Below, piece by piece: positions 18,271 through 27,584 of a stretch of 64,000 nt of DNA. The notes below the pieces were generated by a model. That model ran no database searches and was not told the DNA's origin. It was given only the letters and a program-made list of their open reading frames with translations. A program made the translations under genes and the position numbers. The stretch spans positions 1,761-65,760 of the forward strand of contig WRFR01000005.1 in the NCBI GenBank assembly GCA_009778715.1. Direction: 5' to 3'. Position 1 is the first letter of the stretch; each line of letters starts with the position of its first letter. The DNA is from Coriobacteriia bacterium. Its GTDB lineage: Bacteria; Actinomycetota; Coriobacteriia; WRKU01; WQUG01.

Positions 18271-18547
18271 ATTCAGAAAATATCTTGAAGAGCAGATGAA
18301 GGATCCGGAGTTCAGGGAGGCCTGGGACGAAGCTGATACTGAATATCATATGCAATGGGCTTTGATCAACGCGCGCAAAGAACGCGATATGACCCAACAG
18401 CAGCTTGCCGAGGCAACCGGAATGGACCAGCGGGTCATCAGCCGCATCGAATCAGGGAACAGCAACGCAACACTTAAAACGCTCATGCGCCTCGCGAAAG
18501 GCCTCGACAAGACACTACGGATCGAGTTTGTTGAGAAAACCAGCTGA
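18257..18547 (+). CDS. higA: HigA-type antitoxin, XRE-family HTH protein
   Basis: The HTH is QQQLAEATGMDQRVISRIESG. It is 96 aa and translationally coupled to the upstream toxin. Confidence 0.7.
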   Translation: MAKSEFRKYLEEQMKDPEFREAWDEADTEYHMQWALINARKERDMTQQQLAEATGMDQRVISRIESGNSNATLKTLMRLAKGLDKTLRIEFVEKTS

Positions 18548-18765
18548 ATGGCGACCGCAGCCCGTGCAGGCCTCGGCGTCAAAGGCAAGAGTGGTAACGT
18601 TCTTCAGATAGGCGAGTGGCATGGTGTTCTCTCCAACTTCTCAGATCAGGTGATAGAACAGAGTCAAAAGCGCCCCGATGACGCCGGAGCCAAAGCTGGA
18701 AGACGCCTTACATCCTTTAGGATTTGCACGATCAGGTGAGGTGAGGCAAACGGTTGCCAGAGCAA

Positions 18766-20388
18766 TCAGTGTTCCGGTTTCCTGGCTGTCTCGCGTACCA
18801 GAGCGCCTTTTTGGTTGTAGCGGTAGTTATACGATGTTGACGTGATAGTTAACCAGTTCGGAGGCTTGCTTTCAGGAGAAGAGTCAGGAGAAGAGTCAGA
18901 ACCGTCAAGAAGATCGTAAGGGGGGCTCAGCGGTATGCCTTCCGATTCACCTTCTGTTGGTGCGCGGGAACCCTTCGCCAGCATCAAAAGGACCTCTTCA
19001 AAGTGGCTTTTAGGCATGGTGCTGGTGTCTTCTTCAACAGAAATACCCACTTCATCATCTTGATAGTTGTCCATGATAATACTTGGGTCAAAAGTTCCGA
19101 CAGTATACCTGATGCCGAGAATGAGCGCCTGGTTTGGATGCCGCGCTGCCCAGACCTTGGCTTCGGCGATCTTGCCATCAGCGAACTTTCGGGCCTGTTG
19201 TTTGAGTTTAGCAGAGCTATCAGAGTCAGTTTGCGGGATGATCAGCGTGTTGACGAGCAAGTTGTCGGAGATTTTTTCGGACCGGTATGTTGTCATGCCG
19301 AATTCTTGGGCGGGACTACAGAATACAAAATTCGCAAGCGGTCCGGGGCCTTTTGTGTAAAGATTGACGCGAGATTTAAAGCGCTTGTAGATCGCGATCG
19401 ACTGGTAGTAGGTGGGCATTTCTATCTCGATGTTTCCGCCTGCAACTGTTGTGTAAATAGAGCTCCGGTCAAACGTAAAAGGGATATCAGGGTTAGCTTT
19501 AAACGCCTGGATGACTTTGAGCAGATCTTCGTCATCATCGGACAGGGGTTCCTGGATACCATCCGGGAACTCGGGGTCTATTTGTTTGCCGGCAGCGTTA
19601 AAGTTACCAGTCGACTTTGTGTCAGTCAGGGTTGACCCATAGCAGTCCGCAATGATCTGGTTCAGGTTGGTTCCGGCGATAAACAGGTCGCTGAATTTGA
19701 TCTGGTTGCCGGTATCGAGGCGAAGATTCAGCACCTGGTTTTTTGAATAAGTGAAATTTCCATAGTCCCATTCGGTACCGCTGCACGAGATTACATCCCC
19801 ATAATTGGCTACTATCCTGAAATCAATGTCATCAGGCGCCGCTCCATTTTCGCTCTTTAGGGCTTTACCAAGCTTCAAGGCTGTATCACAGATCGTCTGG
19901 TTGATTTTGGCTTCGACAGTCCTGTTACGCAGCCCGGAGATCTGATCGTAAGTGACTTTTGTCGGATACTTTTGATTGCCGGCATACTCCGTAAAAAGGG
20001 TTTCGGACTTTTGGCTGATATCAATGTTATTGTCTGCGTACATCTCGCTCAAGCTTTTGATCTGAAATGCACTCTCGTTGGGAAACGTCAGAATCTTTAA
20101 GGGCTCTTCTTTCTTAGCGACCGTAGATGTCGTGTCTTCGCTCGCCAGAATTATCTGGGTTGCTGCTTCTTTGGTCAGGGCGGTTGCCGAAGACTTCTGG
20201 CGGTTGTGCTGGGCAATTAAAACAGAGGTTATTCCTGACAAGAAAACCGCAATGATCAGCGTGATCAGCGCGAGTTTTCTCGCTAAGCTCCAGGAAGACG
20301 TCTTCATATTCTCAGGGCTCTGGTCTTCGCTGGTGGCGTCTTTGCTATCAGTTAGCAGCTGCTCCTTGTCCTTATCTGAGCGGGACAT
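18766..20388 (-). CDS. membrane-anchored extracellular protein with RsiV-like DUF4163/DUF3298-type region
   Basis: It has a single N-terminal TM helix. The segment …KVTYDQISGLRNRTVEAKINQTI… resembles the start of DUF4163. It has an acidic Ser/Asp-rich C-terminus and low GC. The start was set at Met7, which has a GGGAGG RBS. Confidence 0.35.
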   Translation of the reverse strand: MSRSDKDKEQLLTDSKDATSEDQSPENMKTSSWSLARKLALITLIIAVFLSGITSVLIAQHNRQKSSATALTKEAATQIILASEDTTSTVAKKEEPLKILTFPNESAFQIKSLSEMYADNNIDISQKSETLFTEYAGNQKYPTKVTYDQISGLRNRTVEAKINQTICDTALKLGKALKSENGAAPDDIDFRIVANYGDVISCSGTEWDYGNFTYSKNQVLNLRLDTGNQIKFSDLFIAGTNLNQIIADCYGSTLTDTKSTGNFNAAGKQIDPEFPDGIQEPLSDDDEDLLKVIQAFKANPDIPFTFDRSSIYTTVAGGNIEIEMPTYYQSIAIYKRFKSRVNLYTKGPGPLANFVFCSPAQEFGMTTYRSEKISDNLLVNTLIIPQTDSDSSAKLKQQARKFADGKIAEAKVWAARHPNQALILGIRYTVGTFDPSIIMDNYQDDEVGISVEEDTSTMPKSHFEEVLLMLAKGSRAPTEGESEGIPLSPPYDLLDGSDSSPDSSPESKPPNWLTITSTSYNYRYNQKGALVRETARKPEH

Positions 20389-21358
20389 AATCCGCCTCCC
20401 GGGCAACTCGCTGGCCTCGATCGGACAGCATTGCCTTTTTCAGCGCGCGCGTCAGGCTGCCCTTTTGCGCGGCTGCATTGATCACGATATAGTAGGCGGT
20501 GCGCAAGGGGTAACGAGCAGACTTGATATTGTCAGTAGTGGGCGAAACACCATTGATCTTCAGCAGCTTGATGTTGTTTGCTGTAGCGGCGTCAACGTCG
20601 TGATAGATCGTCGTAGCGTAATAGTAATAGGAGTAGCAGATGCCCTGGTCGTTACTGTTGCCATCATAATTTGCTACAGTGTTGATGGCGCCGCTCATGG
20701 TGCCTTCTACGTGCAAGGGCGCGCTTGTGAGCGGCTTGCCCTTCATGACCAGGTCGAGCATCCCGGTCTGAGAGCCGGAGTTTACGGGTCGCTGATAGGC
20801 CGTGATGGGCTCATCGTTACCGCCGACCTGCTTCCAATTGGTGATCTTGCCTTGATAGATATCCTGGACTTGCGTGATGGTCAAACTGTCAACCGGGTTG
20901 TTTTGGTTGACGAAGAAGACGAAGCCCTCGTTGACGACTGGGGTCACTTCAAGCTTTATCCCCGCTTTCTGAGCGCGTGCCAGTTCGTCTTTTGAGGGGC
21001 TGGTGACCAGGATCAAATCGACTTGGCCTTTGATAAGCCGGGAATAGGCCTCGTCGGTCTGAGTAAAGCCGAGTTTTGTTTCATCGATGCTCTGGTCGCC
21101 GGTAAAGTTTTTCATGAAGGCGAGCGCCAAGGGCTGCGTGACCGTGCTGGCGTCAACTTTCGGGTAGTTCTCGGCTGTCAAGAGGACTGTTTTGCTTGCT
21201 GGCTTTGCTGGTAGTGCCGGCTTGAAGAACCAGCTCTGGGTGAAATAAGCATATGCAGCTACACAACCTGCAACAACTATGATCAGTGCTGCAATCATAA
21301 TGAATATCGGTAGGGCTTTTGGCTTTTGCTCCACGGTGGTGAGTCCTCTCATCCACAT
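20372..21358 (-). CDS. membrane-anchored PstS-like periplasmic-binding-protein (PBP_like_2) domain protein
   Basis: An N-terminal TM anchor is followed by a domain with PstS-family-like motifs (…TAYQRPVNSGSQTGMLD…, …ITNWKQVGG…). It is co-operonic with the downstream gene. Confidence 0.5.
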   Translation of the reverse strand: MWMRGLTTVEQKPKALPIFIMIAALIIVVAGCVAAYAYFTQSWFFKPALPAKPASKTVLLTAENYPKVDASTVTQPLALAFMKNFTGDQSIDETKLGFTQTDEAYSRLIKGQVDLILVTSPSKDELARAQKAGIKLEVTPVVNEGFVFFVNQNNPVDSLTITQVQDIYQGKITNWKQVGGNDEPITAYQRPVNSGSQTGMLDLVMKGKPLTSAPLHVEGTMSGAINTVANYDGNSNDQGICYSYYYYATTIYHDVDAATANNIKLLKINGVSPTTDNIKSARYPLRTAYYIVINAAAQKGSLTRALKKAMLSDRGQRVAREADYVPLR

Positions 21359-21473
21359 TCTCCCAAGCCTAAGTATAGCATCTGGCTTTATTCAGCTGAA
21401 TGGGTAGTGTGAATGAGTGACGGCTCCAGACTCCAGATGCAGATACCGCATTGAAAAGTGAGGGCCTCTTTTG

Positions 21474-21698
21474 CTAGAGGTCCCTGAACAATTCTTCCAG
21501 CGTCATACCAAGGCCCTCGGCGATCTGTGCCAACTTCCCAAGAGTCACGCTGTGCCTGCCGAGCTCAATAGCGGCGTAGTAGGTCCGATCCATATCGATA
21601 CGGTAAGCGAACTTCTCTTGGCTTAAGCCCGTACGCTCTTGCCGCAGCTTCTTCAGATGTTGGCCCAACTTCAATTCGATAGTACTTGTGTCATCCAT
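21474..21698 (-). CDS. XRE-family helix-turn-helix transcriptional regulator
   Basis: The HTH is LKKLRQERTGLSQEKFAYRIDMDRTYYAAIELG. The start was chosen at MDDTST…; the longer ORF adds an implausible hydrophobic extension. Confidence 0.6.
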   Translation of the reverse strand: MDDTSTIELKLGQHLKKLRQERTGLSQEKFAYRIDMDRTYYAAIELGRHSVTLGKLAQIAEGLGMTLEELFRDL

Positions 21699-21800
21699 AC
21701 ACTCAAGTGTGCTAAGATGTGCTATATATAACAACGGAATATATCCCACTGTATATATCAAGAACATATGAAGTGGGATCAAGAGAAGGAGGATACAACG

Positions 21801-22685
21801 ATGCAATTGAGGAAACTGATAGGAGCCGTATTAGCTCTGGTGATGGCACTCTCGCTGGTAGCTGCGCCAGCCTTTGCCGCCAGCTCTAGTACCGAAACTA
21901 CAGCGCAAGCTGCCACTTCCACATCTGTGCCAAAACAGTTGGCGCCAGCATCAACTAGTGGTGCGACTAGCCCAATATCAATCAAGCTCGGACAATGGAA
22001 TGGAAATGCCACGGGAAACCTTACTTACGGCAATTTTTCCATGAAAGTTGGTGAGCAAATTACTATGCGCTGTAGCACTAGTACTTTGCCGAGTGGGGTT
22101 CATCTTAAGAATGGAATTCTCTCATCATCTGACACTTCTATCGTTTCCGTTGCCGGTAGTGACTGGATCATTACCGCCCTTAAGCCTGGTGTCGTGGCCT
22201 TGACGGCTACCGTTACTTTCAGCGATGGCTCCATAGAGACTGATACAGTTACCGTAACCGTAACTGGCGCAACCAAGCCAGCAGCTCTCTGGTCTAACAG
22301 CTTAAGTTCCTTTACACTCGGCAATAAGTCCACTTTAATCTTTATTGTGAAGAAGAACTTCAGCCTGTTCTCTGGTGTCGTCAAAGTGGATGGTAAGACT
22401 ATTAAGCAAAGTAAGGACTATACCGCCAAGAGTGGTTCGACTGAGATCACCTTGCTTAACTCTTACCTGAACAGTTTATCGGCAGGCAAGCACACTCTGA
22501 CCGTTTCCTTCACTGATGGAACTAAGATCGATACTACTTTCAAGGTGAAAGCCACCCCGCTCAGCACCCTGCCGCCAACGGGCGACAGCAGTAGCCTGGC
22601 CGCCGTGTCTCTCGGCGTATTGCTTCTGGCTGTTGGCGGAACCATCTTGCTGACAACGCGCCGTCGCGATCTGCTCGACCAGTAA
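21801..22685 (+). CDS. LPXTG-anchored cell-wall surface protein with Ig-like (Big_2-type) repeats
   Basis: It has a signal peptide after a GGAGG RBS. The C-terminus is LPPTG followed by a hydrophobic helix and an RRRD tail, which is a sortase sorting signal. Confidence 0.7.
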   Translation: MQLRKLIGAVLALVMALSLVAAPAFAASSSTETTAQAATSTSVPKQLAPASTSGATSPISIKLGQWNGNATGNLTYGNFSMKVGEQITMRCSTSTLPSGVHLKNGILSSSDTSIVSVAGSDWIITALKPGVVALTATVTFSDGSIETDTVTVTVTGATKPAALWSNSLSSFTLGNKSTLIFIVKKNFSLFSGVVKVDGKTIKQSKDYTAKSGSTEITLLNSYLNSLSAGKHTLTVSFTDGTKIDTTFKVKATPLSTLPPTGDSSSLAAVSLGVLLLAVGGTILLTTRRRDLLDQ

Positions 22686-22697
22686 CTTATCTCTCAA

Positions 22698-22737
22698 ACA
22701 AACATCGGGCGCGAACTAACCACTCGCGCCCGATGTT
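22698..22737. terminator. bidirectional intrinsic terminator hairpin between the surface-protein gene and the tRNA cluster
   Basis: AAACATCGGGCGCG and CGCGCCCGATGTTT form a 14-bp perfect stem around an 11-nt loop. On the minus strand it is followed by TTTGTTTGAG, downstream of tRNA-Val. Confidence 0.55.
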
Positions 22738-22818
22738 TATGTCTATAGCCTAGCACCAGACTACGCTGGCGGGTTTCTTGGGGGTGGAACGCAGGTAGGC
22801 GGCGTTTAGACAAGTCTG

Positions 22819-22896
22819 GTGGTGGGCGATACAGGATTTGAACCTGTGACCTTGACCTTGTAAGGGTCCTGCGCTCCCGCTGCGCCAATCGCCCAC
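22819..22896 (-). tRNA. tRNA-Val (anticodon TAC), with encoded CCA
   Basis: The reverse complement reads GTGGGCGATTGGCGCAGCGGGAGCGCAGGACCCTTACAAGGTC…GGTTCAAATCCTGTATCGCCCACCA. This gives a cloverleaf with anticodon loop CTTACAA. Confidence 0.8.
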
Positions 22897-22958
22897 GTTC
22901 CTAAAACGTGCACCGGAGAGCCGCGCTGGTCGTGCGAGTTGCCCTCCGAAGAGAAAGC

Positions 22959-23036
22959 TGGTGCCCCCGACGGAATTCGAATCCGTGTTGCCGCCTTGAA
23001 AGGGCGGTGACCTTGGCCTCTAGTCGACGGGGGCGC
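22959..23036 (-). tRNA. tRNA-Glu (anticodon TTC), with encoded CCA
   Basis: The reverse complement reads GCGCCCCCGTCGACTAGAGG…CCGCCCTTTCAAGGCGG…GGATTCGAATCCGTCGGGGGCACCA. The anticodon loop is CTTTCAA. Confidence 0.8.
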
Positions 23037-23038
23037 TT

Positions 23039-23114
23039 TGGTGCGCCATGTAGGAATCGAACCTACGACCTTAGGATTAAAAGTCCTCTGCTCTGCCAAC
23101 TGAGCTAATGGCGC
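23039..23114 (-). tRNA. tRNA-Lys (anticodon TTT), with encoded CCA
   Basis: The reverse complement reads GCGCCATTAGCTCAGTTGGCAGAGCAGAGGACTTTTAATCCTAAGGTCGTAGGTTCGATTCCTACATGGCGCACCA. The anticodon loop is CTTTTAA. Confidence 0.8.
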
Positions 23115-23215
23115 ATCATCCCTTCTGCGCCACAAGGTATGTTGGCGTCTACCCCATAACACAGCGGATTATTAGTTTATCGGGTTAAAGAGGTAACTTC
23201 AAGTATAATGAGCAC

Positions 23216-24289
23216 ATGCCAGCTACGTTGACCACATTCATCGCACGTTACGGGGTCGCTATCCTGTATTTTGCCAGTTTTCTGCTGGTGGGCGTTTTGC
23301 TTGACCAGGCATTGGGAGCGTTCCTGCGTTCTCCGATCCTGCGTAACCTTAACCGCTTTTTCTCTGCGGTGATCCGCAGTTTTCGAGGCATCCTGAGCCT
23401 TGCTTTGGGATTGACAGGGTTCTGGCTTGCCTTTAATCACCTTAACAAAACCTTACAGAATAAGTTTCCCGGTGTGGTATTACAGATCTCCACCGTACTG
23501 ACACTTTTGCTCGTCACGATCTTTCTGGCGCGCTTGATAGGGCGTTTCATCGGTTTTTACACTGCCAGTGACAATACGCGCATCTCTTCAAGCAGCATCT
23601 TCACAAATTTGGTCAAGGCGATAATCTACATCGTTGGCGTGGCGGTCATCTTAAGCCAGTTAGGCGTATCACTGACGCCGCTTATCACCACACTCGGTAT
23701 CGGAGGTGTGGCCATCGGCTTGGCCCTGCAGCCGACGCTCGGCAACCTCTTTGCGGGCATTCAGATCGTGACTTCGCATCAAATCGAGCCAGGAGACTTC
23801 GTGCGCCTGGCCTCTGGTGACGAGGGCACAGTCGAGGATGTGACCTGGTCGAACACGACGATTCGCAAGATCACGAGCGAGCTGATCGTGGTGCCGAACT
23901 CAGTGCTTGGCCAGGAGCCGGTCATCAACTTCAGCCGCAACAATCACCAGCATGTACTGGTGATCCCGGGCATGGTCGTTGCTGATACTGACGTGCTGCA
24001 TCTTGAGCGAGTCGTGCGTGAGGTTGCCAATGAGATCATGTTCAGCTCACATTACACCTACAAAGGGGCGACGCCTAACTTCCGTCTGACGGCTACCACG
24101 GCAGGCGGCATCAGCTTCAACACGATCTTGCCGATCATCAGCTATCGCAGTGAGCCCGTGGTCAGGTCGGAGTTCCTGGAACACCTGGTCGAACGTTTTA
24201 CCGCTGAGCATATTGAGCTGGCCCGCCCGCTGATACCGATGCCTCAGACGCTACCAGCGTCAACGACGCCACCTATTCAACAACCGTAA
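23216..24289 (+). CDS. mscS: small-conductance mechanosensitive channel (MscS family)
   Basis: TM helices are followed by the conserved MscS pore and beta-domain region (…LGVSLTPLITTLGIGGVAIGLALQPTLGNLFAGIQIV…FVRLASGDEGTVEDV…). Confidence 0.8.
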   Translation: MPATLTTFIARYGVAILYFASFLLVGVLLDQALGAFLRSPILRNLNRFFSAVIRSFRGILSLALGLTGFWLAFNHLNKTLQNKFPGVVLQISTVLTLLLVTIFLARLIGRFIGFYTASDNTRISSSSIFTNLVKAIIYIVGVAVILSQLGVSLTPLITTLGIGGVAIGLALQPTLGNLFAGIQIVTSHQIEPGDFVRLASGDEGTVEDVTWSNTTIRKITSELIVVPNSVLGQEPVINFSRNNHQHVLVIPGMVVADTDVLHLERVVREVANEIMFSSHYTYKGATPNFRLTATTAGGISFNTILPIISYRSEPVVRSEFLEHLVERFTAEHIELARPLIPMPQTLPASTTPPIQQP

Positions 24290-25603
24290 CTATAACGCCT
24301 CTATGCGGTCAAAGATCGGACCTGTGCGGCCCAGGAAAGCCCAGGGGTCACAGATCTTTGCCAGCGCCTCAGCGTCCAGGGGGCAGCGCTCATCGGCGAC
24401 CAGGCGCTCCGGGAAGCTTGCTCCCTCGCGCGCTTGCTGGATATCGGCCCAGACCGCCATGGCGTTATCCTGCACGATATCGTAAGCGTCCTCGCGCAGC
24501 ATGCCGGTATCAACCAGCGCCAAAAGCACGCGTGATGAGTAGATCAGCCCGCGCGTGCGGTTCAGGTTAGCGAGCATGCTCTCCGGGTAAAGCACGAGCC
24601 CATCCAGGATCCAAAGGAGCTTATCAAGCATGTAGTCGAGCGCTGTGGTCGAGTCCGCAAGCACGACGCGCTCGGCGCCGGAGTGTGAGATGTCGCGCTC
24701 GTGCCAGAGCGCCACGTCGTCGAAGCCGACCTGCGCGTTGGCCTTGACCACGCGTGCCAGGCCGCAGACGCGTTCGCTGGTGATGGGATTGCGCTTGTGC
24801 GGCATCGCGCTGCTGCCCTTCTGACCGGCGGTAAACGGCTCTTCGGCTTCCAGCGTGTCGGTCTTTTGCAGCGCGCGGACCTCGGTGGCGATCTCTTCGG
24901 CGGTGGCAGCGATCGTGGCAAGCGTGGCCAGGTAGAACGCGTGACGGTCGCGCGCGATGACCTGGGTCGAGAGCGGGTCGGGGGCAAGCCCCAGCGCGGC
25001 GCAGACATGCGTCTCGACGCTCGGATCGATGTTGCTGTAGGTGCCCACCGCGCCCGAGATTGCGCCCACGGCGCACTGCTTGCGCACGAGTGCCAGGCGC
25101 TCGCGTCCGCGGGCCAGGGCAAAGGCCCAGCGTCCGAACTTCATGCCAAAGAGCATGGGCTCGGCGTGGATGCCATGGGTGCGTCCCACGCAGAGCATGT
25201 CGCGCGTTTCAAGTGCGCGCCGCTTGCAGACCTTGATCAGCGCCTGCAGGTCCGCGTCGATCAGGTCGGCGGCCTGCGTCATCTGCAGGCAGAGCGCCGT
25301 GTCGCCGAGGTCTGAGCTCGTCATGCCGTAATGGACCCACTTGCTGGGGTCGCCGATATGCTCGGCCATATTGGTGAGAAACGCAATGACGTCATGGTTC
25401 AGGGTCGCCTCAAGCTCGTCGACCCGCTCATCCTCAAATCCCGCCTTTGCGCGGATCTGCGCGGCCTCTTCGGCGGTGATACCGACCTCTGGCAGCTTCG
25501 CCTGCGCTTCACAGGCAAGTACCTCGATCTCTTTCCAGATGTCGTATTTGTTATGCAGCGTCCAGATGGCGCCCATATCGTGCCGGGTATATCTCTCGAT
25601 CAT
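24290..25603 (-). CDS. purB: adenylosuccinate lyase
   Basis: It is 437 aa, of the fumarate-lyase superfamily, with PurB-specific motifs (…SSAMPHKRNP…, ERYTRHDMGAIW…). Confidence 0.85.
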   Translation of the reverse strand: MIERYTRHDMGAIWTLHNKYDIWKEIEVLACEAQAKLPEVGITAEEAAQIRAKAGFEDERVDELEATLNHDVIAFLTNMAEHIGDPSKWVHYGMTSSDLGDTALCLQMTQAADLIDADLQALIKVCKRRALETRDMLCVGRTHGIHAEPMLFGMKFGRWAFALARGRERLALVRKQCAVGAISGAVGTYSNIDPSVETHVCAALGLAPDPLSTQVIARDRHAFYLATLATIAATAEEIATEVRALQKTDTLEAEEPFTAGQKGSSAMPHKRNPITSERVCGLARVVKANAQVGFDDVALWHERDISHSGAERVVLADSTTALDYMLDKLLWILDGLVLYPESMLANLNRTRGLIYSSRVLLALVDTGMLREDAYDIVQDNAMAVWADIQQAREGASFPERLVADERCPLDAEALAKICDPWAFLGRTGPIFDRIEAL

Positions 25604-26550
25604 TTTTCACTCTCCTCGCTCTCGCCGCTTCTGAGTCCTAAGGCATCCTCCAGGCGCTCCAACATCGACTCGCCATGCAACGGGGCGATGGGATCGACGG
25701 TCTCATAGACGATGCCGAGGGCAGGACCCACATGCGCGCCGACAACGGGACCGATCGGGATCACCCGCACAGGAAAGCCAACTAAAGGCTCAATAACATT
25801 CTTACAGAACTCAGCCGCCTCTTTTTCTTCGGCGATAAAGTGGACGCAAATGTTGAGGAGCCCTCCGCTCGCTTTGATATCAGCCACCAACTTCTCTTCG
25901 ATCGTTTTCAGCGCCTTGGGAAAAGTCCGTACTTTAGCGTAGGTGGTGGTGATCGCGTTATCGACCGTAAGCACGGGGTTGAGTTTCAGCAGGCCACCCA
26001 AAAGCGCCGATGCGTGGCCGATGCGTCCGCCGCGCTCAAGATAGGTCAGGGTCTGCGGGGTGAAGAGAAAGCGGCTGCGGGCCTTGCTTGCCTCTGCCGC
26101 CGCGGCGCACTCGGCGAGCGTGCCGCCTTCCTGGGCGCACAGGGCTGCCGCCTCTGCGGCAAAACCTTCCTCCATGCAGGGCGACTCGCCATCGACCACA
26201 TCGATGCGTCCACGCAGAGCCGGATCCTCGGTCATCAGTTGCTCGGCCACCATTGTAAAGGTCGCGACCACGCCGGAGAATGTGCCCGGTAAAAACACGC
26301 CAAGCACGTCGTAGCCCTCGTCAAGGATGTTTACGATGTGTGCGCGCATCTCTTCAGGAGAAGGCAGGGATGTGGTGGGTATATAGTCGACTGAGGCCAG
26401 GCGAGCGTAGAAGTCGTTGTAGTCGATATCCATCTCGGGCGTTTGACGATCTCCCTCGACCAGTATCATCGAAAACATCCGAATATCAAGGCGCTGCCGA
26501 TCTTCGGCGGGGATGTATGAGGCAGAATCAGTCAGTACGCGTACGGTCAC
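25600..26550 (-). CDS. DegV family fatty-acid-binding protein
   Basis: It has the DegV/EDD fold signature (…LTDSASYIP…, …TTSLPSPEE…, GGTLAECAAAAE…); it is a tandem paralog of the next gene. Confidence 0.75.
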   Translation of the reverse strand: MTVRVLTDSASYIPAEDRQRLDIRMFSMILVEGDRQTPEMDIDYNDFYARLASVDYIPTTSLPSPEEMRAHIVNILDEGYDVLGVFLPGTFSGVVATFTMVAEQLMTEDPALRGRIDVVDGESPCMEEGFAAEAAALCAQEGGTLAECAAAAEASKARSRFLFTPQTLTYLERGGRIGHASALLGGLLKLNPVLTVDNAITTTYAKVRTFPKALKTIEEKLVADIKASGGLLNICVHFIAEEKEAAEFCKNVIEPLVGFPVRVIPIGPVVGAHVGPALGIVYETVDPIAPLHGESMLERLEDALGLRSGESEESEK

Positions 26551-27584
26551 GGGGTCTCCTTTGGGCGGGGGTTGTCGGGTCCGGGGTTTCCAGCTGGAGT
26601 ACTTCCGTTCTCACTCTCACGACGCCCCAGCAATCCGGAGAAGTCGGGCAGGTGAACGTCACTCAGGCGATCCCGCATCGAGGCGCCACCGTGAAGCGGC
26701 GCGATGGGGTTGATGGTCTCATAGACCAGGCCGATGGCCGGGCCGACATTGGCTCCGACGACCGGGCTGGCCGGGACGAGCTTCACAGCGAAGCCGACCA
26801 GCGGCTCGATGACGTTCTTACAAAAGGCGGCCGCCTCCTGGGATTCTACGATGAAGTGAACGCAGACGTTCTTCAGGCCTCCGCTTGCGTTGACGTCTGC
26901 CAGGAACTTGTCCTTGATGGCCATGAGCGCCTTCGGGTACGTACGGACTTTGGAGAAGGTCGTCGCAAGCGCGTCCTCAATGGTCAGCACTGGGACGAGC
27001 TTCAGCACGCTGCCCAACAGAGCCGAGGCGCGCCCGATACGCCCGCCGCGCTCGAGGTAGGACAGGCCGCGTGGAGCAAAGATGAAGCGGGTGCGCAGCT
27101 TGGTAGCCTCGGCAGCGGCGACGCACTCGGCAAGCGTGCCTCCGTCGCGCGCGCACTGGGCGGCCGCGAGCACCGCGTAACCTTGCTGCATGCAGACCGA
27201 ACATGAGTCGACGAGCGCGATGCGATCGGCAAGTTCAGGGTTCTTGGCGATCAGGTGCTCTGCGGTCAGGACGACCTGGGCGCCCGTGCCCGATAAGGTC
27301 TCTGGTATAAATACGGCCAGCACGTCGTCGCCAGCGTCCAGGATGCGGATGAACTCCTCATGCAGAAGCGCTGGCGTTGGTTGCGTGGTAGTCGGCAGGT
27401 AATCGACCTGGGCCAGATGCTCATAGAATTCATCAAGATCCATGCCAAGCTCAGGAATCGCGCGATCCCCGTCGACGATCACCATCGAGACTACCTGGAT
27501 GCCGTAGGCATCGACGTCCTCTTGGGGGATGCAGGAAGCGGAATCCGTTAACAGGCGTACGGCCACATATTCTCCTCTTGACAA
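26547..27584 (-). CDS. DegV family fatty-acid-binding protein (tandem paralog)
   Basis: Its motif order matches the neighbouring DegV gene (LLTDSASCIP…, TTTQPTPAL…, GGTLAECVAAAE…). Confidence 0.75.
   Translation of the reverse strand: MSRGEYVAVRLLTDSASCIPQEDVDAYGIQVVSMVIVDGDRAIPELGMDLDEFYEHLAQVDYLPTTTQPTPALLHEEFIRILDAGDDVLAVFIPETLSGTGAQVVLTAEHLIAKNPELADRIALVDSCSVCMQQGYAVLAAAQCARDGGTLAECVAAAEATKLRTRFIFAPRGLSYLERGGRIGRASALLGSVLKLVPVLTIEDALATTFSKVRTYPKALMAIKDKFLADVNASGGLKNVCVHFIVESQEAAAFCKNVIEPLVGFAVKLVPASPVVGANVGPAIGLVYETINPIAPLHGGASMRDRLSDVHLPDFSGLLGRRESENGSTPAGNPGPDNPRPKETP

Noticed and set aside
24562-25315. Arg/Pro-rich ORFs overlapping purB on both strands (24562..25122, 24624..25076, 24701..25315).
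   Set aside because: They are GC-rich frame artefacts. purB is full-length and conserved on the minus strand.
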